From the sequence record PQ657772.1: a stretch of 64,000 nt of DNA; one strand, 5' to 3'. The position numbers and the translations under genes were made by a program. The notes under the pieces were generated by a model. It saw only the letters and a program-made list of their open reading frames with translations. It did no database searches and was not told the DNA's origin. Below, one piece after another: positions 1-8,480 of the stretch; the stretch's first letter is position 1, and the number at the start of each line of letters is the position of its first letter.

Positions 1-140
1 TAACGCCTTTGTACTGTCTATATAAATTCAACTGCGTATATTGCCTTTGATCAAGAATTGATCAGAATTATACGCCTTATGCTAAATTGATCCAGTACTT
101 TTTGATCATTTATTGATCGATATTATATAGTTACATTTGT

Positions 141-209
141 GCACCCTATGGGTTAGTGACGTTCTCGTCTTGATGTAAGTATTATGCCAGTACTGGAGGA
201 TATTGTCAA
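141..209 (-). ncRNA. promoter-driven ORF-less two-hairpin element, copy A
   Basis: TTGACA(204-209)-17-CATAAT(181-186), then CATCAAGACGAGAACGTCACTAACCCATAGGGTGC; no RBS or ORF. Confidence 0.5.
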
Positions 210-213
210 TAGA

Positions 214-417
214 TTATTTTAATTTTTTTCTGTCATTGATTAATGCTTTCAGTACTATACTAATAACTTGCAATGATTCATCAATGACAATGAAATTATT
301 CTCTTTCATTAGATGATAGTTACCATTGATTGTATATTCTAACGAGTACTGTTTACGTTTAATTTTTGATAATGTTTCTATTTGTTTTTGTACTGATTTC
401 ATGCTAATCATTGTCAA
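214..417 (-). CDS. hypothetical protein
   Basis: 67-aa ORF; no clear RBS. Confidence 0.4.
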   Translation of the reverse strand: MTMISMKSVQKQIETLSKIKRKQYSLEYTINGNYHLMKENNFIVIDESLQVISIVLKALINDRKKLK

Positions 418-480
418 ACGTCCTGTAACGCATTCTAACGAGATAAACGGTTGAGTACTGGCATTGTATAGGGTAAATGA
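417..480. repeat. dispersed ACGCATTCTAACG-core repeat
   Basis: 417-436 identical to 3414-3433; core shared with 10203-10215. Confidence 0.6.
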
Positions 481-482
481 TT

Positions 483-512
483 ATAGCCCACCAGCGTTAA
501 CCAGTGGGCTAT
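483..512 (-). terminator. intrinsic terminator-like hairpin
   Basis: ATAGCCCAC...GTGGGCTAT inverted repeat just after a stop codon. Confidence 0.6.
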
Positions 513-516
513 AATA

Positions 517-660
517 TTACATCTTGCGGATAATCTTAACAGTATCTTTCACCGATTTACCGTTTTGCTGACATTGCTCGATCATCGCGTATTGTTCTGC
601 GGTCAGATCCTCGCCAGTTTTTGCCAGTACTGCGTCGATGAATGAATCCAGTGCGATCAT
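517..660 (-). CDS. early hypothetical protein (47 aa, MIALDSFIDAV...)
   Basis: hand-translated; GAGAG RBS; own promoter 705-732. Confidence 0.7.
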   Translation of the reverse strand: MIALDSFIDAVLAKTGEDLTAEQYAMIEQCQQNGKSVKDTVKIIRKM

Positions 661-750
661 TTTGTTTCTCTCTTAGGTTAAGTTAACTACTGTTTATAAA
701 ACTTATTATACAGTACTATCAAACGTTGTCAATAGTACTGGTAATATATT

Positions 751-930
751 TTAGCGGTAGTCGTCGTATGCTTTATTCACCTGGCGAATGTAACTTTCAA
801 AGGCTTCGTCTACCGTTTCATACTCCCGAACATAATCACCATAGGAAACTACATACATACCTTTTTGATCTTCAAACGTCATGATGATAGAATCCAGACC
901 AACGATTTCAGTTTTTGCGATGATAGCCAT
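751..930 (-). CDS. early hypothetical protein (59 aa, MAIIAKTEIV...)
   Basis: hand-translated; AAGGA RBS; own promoter 966-994. Confidence 0.75.
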   Translation of the reverse strand: MAIIAKTEIVGLDSIIMTFEDQKGMYVVSYGDYVREYETVDEAFESYIRQVNKAYDDYR

Positions 931-954
931 TTTTTAATTCCTTAGTAGTGTAGT

Positions 955-1016
955 TGATAAAAGTTATTATGTCAGTACTATCAAACTATGTCAATAGTAC
1001 TGTGATAATATTTTTA
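955..1016 (-). promoter_or_regulatory. sigma70 promoter cassette, duplicated at 4349-4410
   Basis: TTGACA-17-CATAAT; 62 bp with 1 mismatch to 4349-4410. Confidence 0.8.
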
Positions 1017-1226
1017 GTTAATGATAGTCAGTGTAAAATTGTAATCACCGCAGCGATATAGCACGTTATTCCCAAATGTCCCAACTAATCGCACATCACA
1101 CAAAACGCCGGTTTTTTCTTTTACTTCCTTGATACTTGTAACTCCTGTAATATCTTTATTAAAGTATTCATGATCTGAAAATAAAACTTGTTTTGCATTT
1201 TTTAATTTCGACCGGATATTAGCCAT
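1014..1226 (-). CDS. early hypothetical protein
   Basis: ORF with RBS behind promoter 1281-1308. Confidence 0.8.
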   Translation of the reverse strand: MANIRSKLKNAKQVLFSDHEYFNKDITGVTSIKEVKEKTGVLCDVRLVGTFGNNVLYRCGDYNFTLTIIN

Positions 1227-1247
1227 TTTGTTTTCTCTCTCTGTTAG

Positions 1248-1308
1248 TGGGGAGAAGTTTTTCTCCCCTTGATGTAAACTATTATACAGTACTATAATCT
1301 ATTGTCAA
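1248..1308 (-). promoter_or_regulatory. early promoter plus 5' stem-loop cassette
   Basis: TTGACA-16-TATAAT, then GGGGAGAA-AAC-TTCTCCCC hairpin at transcript start. Confidence 0.8.
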
Positions 1309-1322
1309 ACTATTTTTTTATA

Positions 1323-1664
1323 TTATTCGAAATCTTCTGGACCGGACTGATAATCATCTTCACCGTATGCACTTTCTAACCGCTCGCCAGTGTGATCATC
1401 AGTTAGTGAGTCATCCTCATAGTTCACGTCTACGCCAGTGATGTAAAACTGGCTATCGTCTGGATCATTGAAATTAATTTTTTGGATGTTTACAATAACT
1501 GTATTGATACCCAGGACACCGCCATCAGCCGTTACAAAGTACTGATATTTTTCACAACCGCCTGAATTGAAACCGTAATTAATTTCAGCCCGACCATCAT
1601 TTAAACGCAGTGCCTGGGCGATGATTTCATTTTCAAAGTTAGATTGAGCAATTGAGATAGTCAT
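1323..1664 (-). CDS. acidic early hypothetical protein
   Basis: ORF, RBS, promoter 1716-1743; D/E-rich C-terminus. Confidence 0.8.
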   Translation of the reverse strand: MTISIAQSNFENEIIAQALRLNDGRAEINYGFNSGGCEKYQYFVTADGGVLGINTVIVNIQKINFNDPDDSQFYITGVDVNYEDDSLTDDHTGERLESAYGEDDYQSGPEDFE

Positions 1665-1746
1665 GATTTGTTTCCTTATTACCAGGGGAAACCGTTTCCC
1701 CTTTCGATGTAAAACATTATACGCTTATCAGGAAGTAATGCAAGTA

Positions 1747-2214
1747 CTATTTCACGTTAATTTCAAAGTACTGCTCTTTGATGTTTTCCTGTTGGTAAAT
1801 CTCGTTTAATGCTTTAAGATCTAAAACCTGTTTACCTGCTGCCTGAATATACTTTTTAAGAGTCGCTAACAGCTTCTCAGGCGTGTTTGTAGTCTTACGT
1901 GTTGGGATCTTATCGTGCCCCATAGCGTAGTACTGCTTACGTGCTATAGTACTGATAACACTGCGGTACGGTTCCATGATCAGCTTGTCTGTGTATTCGT
2001 CGCTATCCCCAAACTTCATACCGTGGATCGCAAAGGTCATCATCATGCGGTCGTTATCGCGGATATTGTGGGGGCAGTCGGCAAGCTCGCGAGTCAGTGA
2101 CATAGTGATCCCCACGTCGCCACCCAGCGGTAAAGGTCGGGCGATAAAGAAACCGTTAGGGAATACTTTCAGGAAGTTTTCTTGAACTGCTGCGACGAAT
2201 TCGATGCTATTCAT
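1747..2214 (-). CDS. early hypothetical protein
   Basis: 155-aa ORF, AAGGA RBS, promoter 2267-2294. Confidence 0.85.
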   Translation of the reverse strand: MNSIEFVAAVQENFLKVFPNGFFIARPLPLGGDVGITMSLTRELADCPHNIRDNDRMMMTFAIHGMKFGDSDEYTDKLIMEPYRSVISTIARKQYYAMGHDKIPTRKTTNTPEKLLATLKKYIQAAGKQVLDLKALNEIYQQENIKEQYFEINVK

Positions 2215-2349
2215 AATTCATTTCCTTAATTAGTGGGGTAAGTTGTTTCCCCTCTCGATGTAAAACATTATACGCTTATTGAGATAGTTTGCAAGTACTT
2301 TTTAAAAATAGTTTTCAGTACTCAATACTCATATAATAGATACACTTAT

Positions 2350-2416
2350 GCACCCTGTGGGCTAGTGAGCTATCTCTCAATGAATATATAATAGCAAAAT
2401 GGCTGACCGGAGTCAA
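2350..2416 (-). ncRNA. promoter-driven ORF-less two-hairpin element, copy B
   Basis: TTGACT-17-TATTAT, then GAGATAGCTC-ACTAG-CCCACAGGGTGC. Confidence 0.5.
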
Positions 2417-2425
2417 CCACTTTTT

Positions 2426-2569
2426 TCATTTATTTTTAGCTTTTAGAATCGCCGCCTTTCGCGTCATGCCTTGCTTGATGTATTCTTGTACTTTCGCTTT
2501 ACGTGCATTCGCTTTATTTGCTTTCGTAAATGCCGAACAACTTTTATAGTTTAAACCTGTTGGATTCAT
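2426..2569 (-). CDS. basic hypothetical protein (47 aa)
   Basis: hand-translated MNPTGLNYK...KAKNK; abuts upstream stop. Confidence 0.65.
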   Translation of the reverse strand: MNPTGLNYKSCSAFTKANKANARKAKVQEYIKQGMTRKAAILKAKNK

Positions 2570-2659
2570 TTAAATCACCATAAAGAATAGATAGGTTACT
2601 AACAACGCCGCGATCAATGCACCGACCAGGGCCGAACTATAGTAAGCTAATGTTTTCAT
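2570..2659 (-). CDS. 29-aa single-TM peptide
   Basis: hand-translated MKTLAYYSSALVGALIAALLVTYLFFMVI; ATGA overlap. Confidence 0.6.
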   Translation of the reverse strand: MKTLAYYSSALVGALIAALLVTYLFFMVI

Positions 2660-2808
2660 TTTTTAGCCTGAAAGTAATGTTTAATTTGAGCGGCGGTCAG
2701 TGCACAATTACGCAGGAAGTTTTCTGTATAACTTTTGCGAGTACTGAAAGAGAATTGACCTTTGCCGTTACCGATAGTAACATCAAACCGAGCGTTGTAT
2801 TGTTTCAT
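2656..2808 (-). CDS. early hypothetical protein
   Basis: start moved to MKQYN (AGGAG RBS); promoter 2859-2886. Confidence 0.75.
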   Translation of the reverse strand: MKQYNARFDVTIGNGKGQFSFSTRKSYTENFLRNCALTAAQIKHYFQAKK

Positions 2809-2889
2809 TTTGATTCTCCTGTTATTGGGGAGAATCATTTCTCCCCTTCATGTAAAACATTATACAGTACTAAAAACTAATTGCAAGTA

Positions 2890-3036
2890 CTATTTTTTAG
2901 ATTTACGCAAACTTTCTACCATCTCAGGAGTAAGGCCCGGCGGGTAGGAAACTACTTCATCAACGAAACGTAAAGGGAATACCCCATCTAAGGTTGAACG
3001 TGCTTTCTTAGTATTACTCTTTTTTGATGCTTTCAT
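2890..3036 (-). CDS. early hypothetical protein (48 aa)
   Basis: hand-translated MKASKKSNTK...; AAGGA RBS; promoter 3088-3115. Confidence 0.65.
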   Translation of the reverse strand: MKASKKSNTKKARSTLDGVFPLRFVDEVVSYPPGLTPEMVESLRKSKK

Positions 3037-3105
3037 TTCATATTCCTTAATTAGTGGGGAGAATCATTTCTCCCCTTCATGTAAAACATTATACGCGTTT
3101 AAAAA

Positions 3106-3315
3106 CTAATTGCAAGTACTATTTGAAAGTAAATGCTCATACGCTACATTAACTACGTTTTCAATAACCGACTGTACAGAAAGATCCCCCACGTCCTGGC
3201 TATAGTAGAAATCGCTTACAGTACTGTCATCGTATGCAAATACTTTACCAGGTACTGCATCAATCACATACATATTAACCTTTAAGATGTCGATCTTATC
3301 CTGTACAGTAAGCAT
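3106..3315 (-). CDS. hypothetical protein
   Basis: ORF directly downstream of 3321-3593. Confidence 0.65.
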   Translation of the reverse strand: MLTVQDKIDILKVNMYVIDAVPGKVFAYDDSTVSDFYYSQDVGDLSVQSVIENVVNVAYEHLLSNSTCN

Positions 3316-3320
3316 ATTAA

Positions 3321-3593
3321 TTAACCTTTTAAGTACTGGCTTAAGTAGTCTTGTTGATCTTCGGTGATTGCAGCCATCTTCCCTAGTACTGGATTGATGA
3401 TATAATCCCCTGTAACGTCCTGTAACGCATTCTCAGGCGGTTTAACGGCTGGGGTAGCCATAGCCATTGCCTGGACTTGTTCGACGCTATAACGCTCATA
3501 TAGGCGGCATTCTTCCGGTGTTAACATAGCATCAATGCGTTTCATTGGTTTAATGATGCTTTCGATCTCATTCAGTACTTGATTAACGTTCAT
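3321..3593 (-). CDS. hypothetical protein containing a translated dispersed repeat
   Basis: GGGGA RBS; 3414-3433 matches intergenic repeat 417-436. Confidence 0.7.
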   Translation of the reverse strand: MNVNQVLNEIESIIKPMKRIDAMLTPEECRLYERYSVEQVQAMAMATPAVKPPENALQDVTGDYIINPVLGKMAAITEDQQDYLSQYLKG

Positions 3594-3644
3594 GGTATAA
3601 TCCCCAATATAAGCGGCCTAAATCGACCGCTAACGATGTTTTGA

Positions 3645-3914
3645 TTAATAGGTGTATGGTTGACGTTCAAACAATGATTGCACGTTGTACGCCCCGCTTA
3701 TGGGCTTTGCTGGTAAATCAATTTTATATTGTTCACGCTTAAAGATAATAAAACGGCAATTGTTTTTAACATCAAAATTGATTGAACGTTCCAGGAGTTT
3801 ACCATCGTGCACAAATACAAGATAACCGCTCGCTACTTGTTTTGTAGTACTGGTTGCAACCATAGACCGCCGAACATGTGTACCTGCGTCGATTAAAGTA
3901 CTGATATTTTTCAT
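3645..3914 (-). CDS. early hypothetical protein
   Basis: GAGGA RBS; promoter 3961-3989. Confidence 0.75.
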   Translation of the reverse strand: MKNISTLIDAGTHVRRSMVATSTTKQVASGYLVFVHDGKLLERSINFDVKNNCRFIIFKREQYKIDLPAKPISGAYNVQSLFERQPYTY

Positions 3915-3994
3915 TATACGTTCCTCTTAAGTTAATTTAATTTCTTTCCCCTATGCAGACACTATATCAAAGTATCTGCATAAAGTAAAGCTAA

Positions 3995-4318
3995 TTAAAG
4001 ATCTTTTTTGCGTTTAACATTCTGTACAGTACAATGCAACGGGATATTAAGATCATTGCACAAACGAGTAAGGGAGGTTTCATCAGTATTAAGCCCGTCT
4101 ACTGATTCCTTTAAGAGATCTAACGCCGTTTGTTGATATGCATCTTCATAGCCATAAGTAAATGATTCAACCGCCAGATCATTCAAACCGTTATCCAGTT
4201 CGACGCTTACATGACAAGAATGATAAGTATTGCCATATGAATCAGTCCAACGTTTACCGTCAACATTGATTGCACGGATTGCAGCCAGGGAAACGGTGTT
4301 AATGATAGTTTTAGCCAT
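3995..4318 (-). CDS. early hypothetical protein
   Basis: AAGGA RBS; promoter 4360-4388. Confidence 0.8.
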   Translation of the reverse strand: MAKTIINTVSLAAIRAINVDGKRWTDSYGNTYHSCHVSVELDNGLNDLAVESFTYGYEDAYQQTALDLLKESVDGLNTDETSLTRLCNDLNIPLHCTVQNVKRKKDL

Positions 4319-4407
4319 TTTAGTATTCCTTAAATTAATATGTTGTCTTGATAAAAGTTATTATGCCAGTACTATCAAACTATGTCAATAGTACTGTGAT
4401 AATATTT

Positions 4408-4551
4408 TTACTTACTTTTTGCTTTCTTGATTGCTTCCACCTGGTCGGCCCATTCTTTACCCCATACTTGTAAATTATAATGGTACTGGCAAAGAGCAAC
4501 GCCCCGCTTTAAACCCGTAATAGATTTCTGACCACATTGACAAGTTTTCAT
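4408..4551 (-). CDS. 47-aa protein with CxC...CxxH (possible Zn-binding)
   Basis: hand-translated MKTCQCGQK...LCQYHY; AAGGA RBS; promoter 4602-4629. Confidence 0.7.
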   Translation of the reverse strand: MKTCQCGQKSITGLKRGVALCQYHYNLQVWGKEWADQVEAIKKAKSK

Positions 4552-4637
4552 TTTAGTTTCCTTGTAGTGGGGAGAACCATTTTCTCCCCTTGATGTAATG
4601 TATTATACTTTATTCGATTTACTTTGCAAGTACTTTT

Positions 4638-4865
4638 TTAATTTAATTCATCAAGGCAAAGGATACGCTCAACGCCCAAATCAGTTAAACTAATCGACGG
4701 CACTTGATAGGTTTCAATGTATGCTACACTTGCCCACTGACCGAACTCATTAACGGCCCAGGTATTCATTGCATTTTGCAATTCCGCACCTTCCTTGTTG
4801 GTAATGACTGCAACTACTTGTTCGTTGCCAGTAGTACCAGATACGCGAGTAATGATAATAGCCAT
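4638..4865 (-). CDS. early hypothetical protein
   Basis: start moved to MAIIITR (AAGGA RBS); promoter 4921-4948. Confidence 0.75.
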   Translation of the reverse strand: MAIIITRVSGTTGNEQVVAVITNKEGAELQNAMNTWAVNEFGQWASVAYIETYQVPSISLTDLGVERILCLDELN

Positions 4866-4974
4866 TGTTTTGATTCCTTTGATTTGGAAGGAGAACCGTT
4901 TCCCCCTCTCGATGTAAAACATTATACGCTAATCTCTTAATCGTGCAAGTACTTTTTATTACTTTTTGCAAAAT

Positions 4975-5075
4975 ACTTTAAACGCTCTCAATCGCGTTCT
5001 TACAGCCTTAACGCCACCAGCTAGGGCAATGCATCAGATAATCAGTTTAATGCGTTAGAATCGTTTCTAGGCGGT
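4975..5075. repeat. dispersed ATTCTAACGCATTAA-core repeat
   Basis: 5047-5061 is the reverse complement of 10207-10221. Confidence 0.6.
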
Positions 5076-5102
5076 GCTGGTGGCCTGGTAAACGATAAAC
5101 AC

Positions 5103-5132
5103 AAAAAAGCCCACCGTTTAAGGTGGGCTAGT
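5103..5132. terminator. intrinsic terminator-like hairpin
   Basis: AAAAAAGCCCACC-GTTTAA-GGTGGGCT. Confidence 0.7.
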
Positions 5133-5150
5133 GATTCAGTACTTTAATTG

Positions 5151-5633
5151 TTATGCTTCAACTTTGCGATGAGATTCGATCCATTCCTCGCGAGTCATAC
5201 CGCTGGCGTTAATCGCGTCCAGTACTACCGCAATGCAGTTACCACGCACCGGAATCAGATATTCTTCCCCGTTGTCCAGTACTACCGCTACGCGTTCCTG
5301 AATCCATTTTTTGGCTTTTACTTCTGGCTTGTCTTCCCCATACTTAACCGCCAGGGCTTTTTGTGCCATCTCTGTAACTACTTCCAGATCCAATCCAACT
5401 ACTGCCGCCTGAATACTTTCGATTGTTGCTTGTAGTTCTGCTTCACGGGCCGCCTTTGCCGCTTCAATTTCTGCCGCTTTATTTGCTTGTAGTTCTTTCG
5501 CAGTACTGTACGCGATGTTAAAATTATTGCGTACCGCTTTCATGGTATCGTTATCCAGTTCAGCCAGGATCTCAGCCGCGACGTTAGTTTCATTTGCTAC
5601 CAGTGCTTTGATGAATGATTTTACATTAGCCAT
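5151..5633 (-). CDS. divergent H-NS-like protein
   Basis: coiled-coil N-half; C-terminal KAKK..VLDNGEE..RGNCIAVVLDAINASGMTREEWI parallels H-NS [34 protein letters not shown] (H-NS sequence recalled from memory). Confidence 0.6.
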   Translation of the reverse strand: MANVKSFIKALVANETNVAAEILAELDNDTMKAVRNNFNIAYSTAKELQANKAAEIEAAKAAREAELQATIESIQAAVVGLDLEVVTEMAQKALAVKYGEDKPEVKAKKWIQERVAVVLDNGEEYLIPVRGNCIAVVLDAINASGMTREEWIESHRKVEA

Positions 5634-5697
5634 TTTATAAATCCTCAATTAAAGTTTAGTTTACGTTTATTAGTGTATCAAAGTTTTCTCGACGTGT

Positions 5698-5732
5698 CCA
5701 GTTTTTCGTTCGACTTACTGGCGGTCTACTTA
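5698..5732 (-). promoter_or_regulatory. conserved 5'-leader RNA motif, copy 1
   Basis: TAAGTAG..CCAGT-AAGnnnnACGAAAA-ACTGG; stem covaries with 8235-8269. Confidence 0.55.
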
Positions 5733-5837
5733 GTGCTCCCCGTCTTGATGTAATACATTCTACGCTTTTCTGCGGTAATGTCAACTACTTTCTTAAAACT
5801 ATTTTCAAAGTATCTCAGTACTACGATACTACAAAAA

Positions 5838-5862
5838 CAAAAAAGCCCACCAGGTGGGCTAT
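5838..5862. terminator. intrinsic terminator-like hairpin
   Basis: AAAAAAGCCCACCAGGTGGGCT. Confidence 0.7.
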
Positions 5863-5866
5863 GTAC

Positions 5867-6097
5867 TTAATCAGTGAGTAAAATATTAAACACTTTACCA
5901 TTTAACGTTATTGGTGCACTGCTACCAGGCACAAGATCCGTTAGTATACCTGCAATCGCTTTATCATTGGCTACCTTTCCAGTGTCCAACAGAACTACAG
6001 TACTGATAAGATTAACGCTCGTTTCAATATCATAATGCACGGCGTTAAGTAGTTGTGTAGTACTGCTTTCGTTAAGTAAAACAATTCGCTTAGTCAT
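5867..6097 (-). CDS. hypothetical protein
   Basis: ORF with GGGG RBS. Confidence 0.75.
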   Translation of the reverse strand: MTKRIVLLNESSTTQLLNAVHYDIETSVNLISTVVLLDTGKVANDKAIAGILTDLVPGSSAPITLNGKVFNILLTD

Positions 6098-6118
6098 GAT
6101 GTTACCCCGTAGTATCTA

Positions 6119-6418
6119 TCAACGGCAATTAATAACGCCGGTATGAGTTACTTTCTCGGTATCCATAACAGTGACCGAACCGCGTTTAGTACTGGCATCA
6201 TAATAAATTGTTGTGCTACCGTTTTCGTCTTCTTCATGGAACGGGCCGTTTTTAAATGCTTCCGGCTGGATCTCTAAATCCTTTAATACAATCTCGCCAG
6301 TTCTTTCATCGGTCATTGCAACAGTGCACTGAATGAATTTTTCACTACTTACATCTAATGACGCATTAACAGCGAAAGAGGAAACAGATAAAGCCAGGGC
6401 GATGATTGCAATTTTCAT
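6119..6418 (-). CDS. exported (signal-peptide) two-Cys protein
   Basis: MKIAIIALALSVSSFAVNA leader; Cys near both ends; promoter 6469-6496. Confidence 0.8.
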   Translation of the reverse strand: MKIAIIALALSVSSFAVNASLDVSSEKFIQCTVAMTDERTGEIVLKDLEIQPEAFKNGPFHEEDENGSTTIYYDASTKRGSVTVMDTEKVTHTGVINCR

Positions 6419-6501
6419 TTGATTATCCTTAGTTACCAGGGGGAACCGCTCCCCTTGCGATGTAAAATATTATACAGTACTAAAAACTATTATCAAGTAC
6501 T

Positions 6502-6738
6502 TTATGATTTTTTATAAAACATTTCAGCCGTGATATTTTTACCCGTTGGTTGTACTTTATCCAGAATTTTTTGATGCCCAGGCCGTCCAAATGAATATGA
6601 TCCGTAAACCGTAAACCAGTAGTTACCCTCAGTGTTTACATGTACAGCACAATAGGGTACACCCCGCGATTCATCACTAGTAAAGTGTACTACCGTTCCC
6701 GTTACATTCGCAGACGTTGATTTGATTTGTTCAAGCAT
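6502..6738 (-). CDS. early hypothetical protein
   Basis: AAGGA RBS; promoter 6786-6813. Confidence 0.8.
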   Translation of the reverse strand: MLEQIKSTSANVTGTVVHFTSDESRGVPYCAVHVNTEGNYWFTVYGSYSFGRPGHQKILDKVQPTGKNITAEMFYKKS

Positions 6739-6846
6739 TTTATTATTCCTTAGTTACCAGGGGAACCGCTCCCCCTATGCAAAACATTATACGCGTTTAA
6801 AAACTAATAGCAAGTATTTTAATAAAAAGTATTTGAAAAATAGTTG

Positions 6847-6930
6847 TTGACAAGTGCATCCAGTACTGGCATAATTATTACATCAAGACGAAACAGTCAC
6901 TAACCCACCGGGTGCCGAGATCCGTCTATT
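6847..6930 (+). ncRNA. promoter-driven ORF-less two-hairpin element, copy C
   Basis: TTGACA-17-CATAAT, then CATCAAGACGAAACAGTCACTAACCCACCGGGTGC; runs into hairpin at ~6957-6977. Confidence 0.55.
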
Positions 6931-6981
6931 AAATGATTCAGTACTGAAAAAGTAACGGGGAGTTATTATCTCCCCGCGTTG

Positions 6982-7203
6982 TTATTTTGTAAGGTATAAA
7001 CAGAAGTCACCTTTATTTGCTACGCCGCCAGTGTAACGCGAGGAATAGTTAGAAACGTCCTGGACTTCTGCTATTACCAGGGTATCATCATTCAATTCGT
7101 CGCAGAAGCAAACGGCTGGATCTTGTACGCCGATTTTGTCGGCATGTTCCCGCATAGATTTAACCAGTGCTTCCAGTTGGGAAAGAGTAGTGATATTAGC
7201 CAT
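6982..7203 (-). CDS. early hypothetical protein
   Basis: start moved to MANIT (GAGGA RBS); promoter 7254-7281. Confidence 0.8.
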   Translation of the reverse strand: MANITTLSQLEALVKSMREHADKIGVQDPAVCFCDELNDDTLVIAEVQDVSNYSSRYTGGVANKGDFCLYLTK

Positions 7204-7291
7204 TTTATTTTCCTCATTACCAGGGAGAACCATTTCTCCCTTTGATGTAAACCATTATACAGTACTGAAAACTAATTGCAAGTACTTTCTA

Positions 7292-7456
7292 TTATTTTTT
7301 TAGATCTTCCAGTACTTCTGCGATAGCATCACAAAAATTATTAATTACATCAGGGTGAATGTCAACATTGTCAAATAAACCGCTTTCAGTTGCATCCCGC
7401 AAAGCATCAGACAATACATCCAGGGCGTTCAATTGAGCGAAGGTAAAAGTATTCAT
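7292..7456 (-). CDS. acidic early hypothetical protein (54 aa)
   Basis: hand-translated MNTFTFAQLN...; GAGGA RBS; promoter 7509-7536. Confidence 0.75.
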   Translation of the reverse strand: MNTFTFAQLNALDVLSDALRDATESGLFDNVDIHPDVINNFCDAIAEVLEDLKK

Positions 7457-7548
7457 TTGTAGTATTCCTCATTAGTAGCTGGAACTATTCCCGCTCTCGA
7501 TATAAAGTATTATACGCTTTTAAACTTAGTTTGCAAGTACTTTTTAAA

Positions 7549-8160
7549 TTAATATTCGATTGATTCCACTACGCCATCAATAACATTGAATTGATACTCG
7601 TTACCCTCAATCAGTGCCGTAATGTTTTCAGTAGTGAATTGATCCTCATATGCATTCTCTAAATCACGGTACAACTTGCGGGACAATTCACGAATAGTTT
7701 CAGTGAGTAGTTCCTCAAGCTCATTAACTAACGTTTCTTGTTTTGCGGTTAAATCAGTGTAAGCCGATTCAATGTACCCGCTTACAGTATTCTCATGCGA
7801 GTAGTGGGAGTGCGAACGTTTTACACTCATCGCCAAATCATCTTCATTCAGCAAGTGACGGATTGAGCGATACTTAGTTAATGCTCTTACCTTGCGTAAA
7901 AACTTCACTGCGTCAACGTGGTCAGTACTGATTGATGCACCGTCACCCTGGGACCAAAAACCACTGAATTGTATTTCAGCGTCATTAATGCCATATTCCG
8001 GTAGTACTGTTTCTTTATAGTATTCAATTTCACTTTCAGAAAAATAATTGTCGTTTGAGTTTTTTTCACGTTCCCGAACCAGTTCGATAGCTGACGTTTT
8101 TTGTTCTGCGTTCAATTCAGAAAAATCCATAACGAAAGTAGTAGTAGTGATAGTTTTCAT
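7549..8160 (-). CDS. hypothetical protein with FSGFWSQGDGA motif
   Basis: 203-aa ORF; GAGGG RBS; promoter 8193-8220. Confidence 0.85.
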   Translation of the reverse strand: MKTITTTTFVMDFSELNAEQKTSAIELVREREKNSNDNYFSESEIEYYKETVLPEYGINDAEIQFSGFWSQGDGASISTDHVDAVKFLRKVRALTKYRSIRHLLNEDDLAMSVKRSHSHYSHENTVSGYIESAYTDLTAKQETLVNELEELLTETIRELSRKLYRDLENAYEDQFTTENITALIEGNEYQFNVIDGVVESIEY

Positions 8161-8234
8161 TTTGTAACCCTCATTCAGTAGTTTATGTAAGTATTATACG
8201 CTTTTAAAAACAATTGTCAAACTATTTTATCAGG

Positions 8235-8269
8235 GGAGTTTTTCGTGTGCCTTACTCCTGGGCTACTTA
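8235..8269 (-). promoter_or_regulatory. conserved 5'-leader RNA motif, copy 2
   Basis: TAAGTAG..GGAGT-AAGnnnnACGAAAA-ACTCC, downstream of promoter 8311-8338. Confidence 0.55.
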
Positions 8270-8384
8270 ACGGGAAGTTACTTATTTCGTTCCCCGTCCT
8301 GATGTAAAACATTATACGCCTTTAAACATAGTTTGCAAGTACTTTTTAAAAATAGTTTTCAGTACTGAATAGTAAAAAAAAGTA

Positions 8385-8460
8385 TTGACAGCATTATCAA
8401 GTACTGGTATAATATACCCCATGACAACAGCTAACCCACCGGGTGCACAATTGTAACTAT
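8385..8460 (+). ncRNA. promoter-driven ORF-less element, copy D
   Basis: TTGACA-17-TATAAT, then ...CTAACCCACCGGGTGCACAATTGTAACTATA (3' extension shared with copy A). Confidence 0.5.
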
Positions 8461-8480
8461 ACTAAACTAATTTTTCTATA

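Noticed and set aside
2925-2940. Third copy of the leader motif (CAGGAGTAAGGC)
   Set aside because: It is antisense within ORF 2890-3036 and lacks the ACGAAAAACT half; likely chance.
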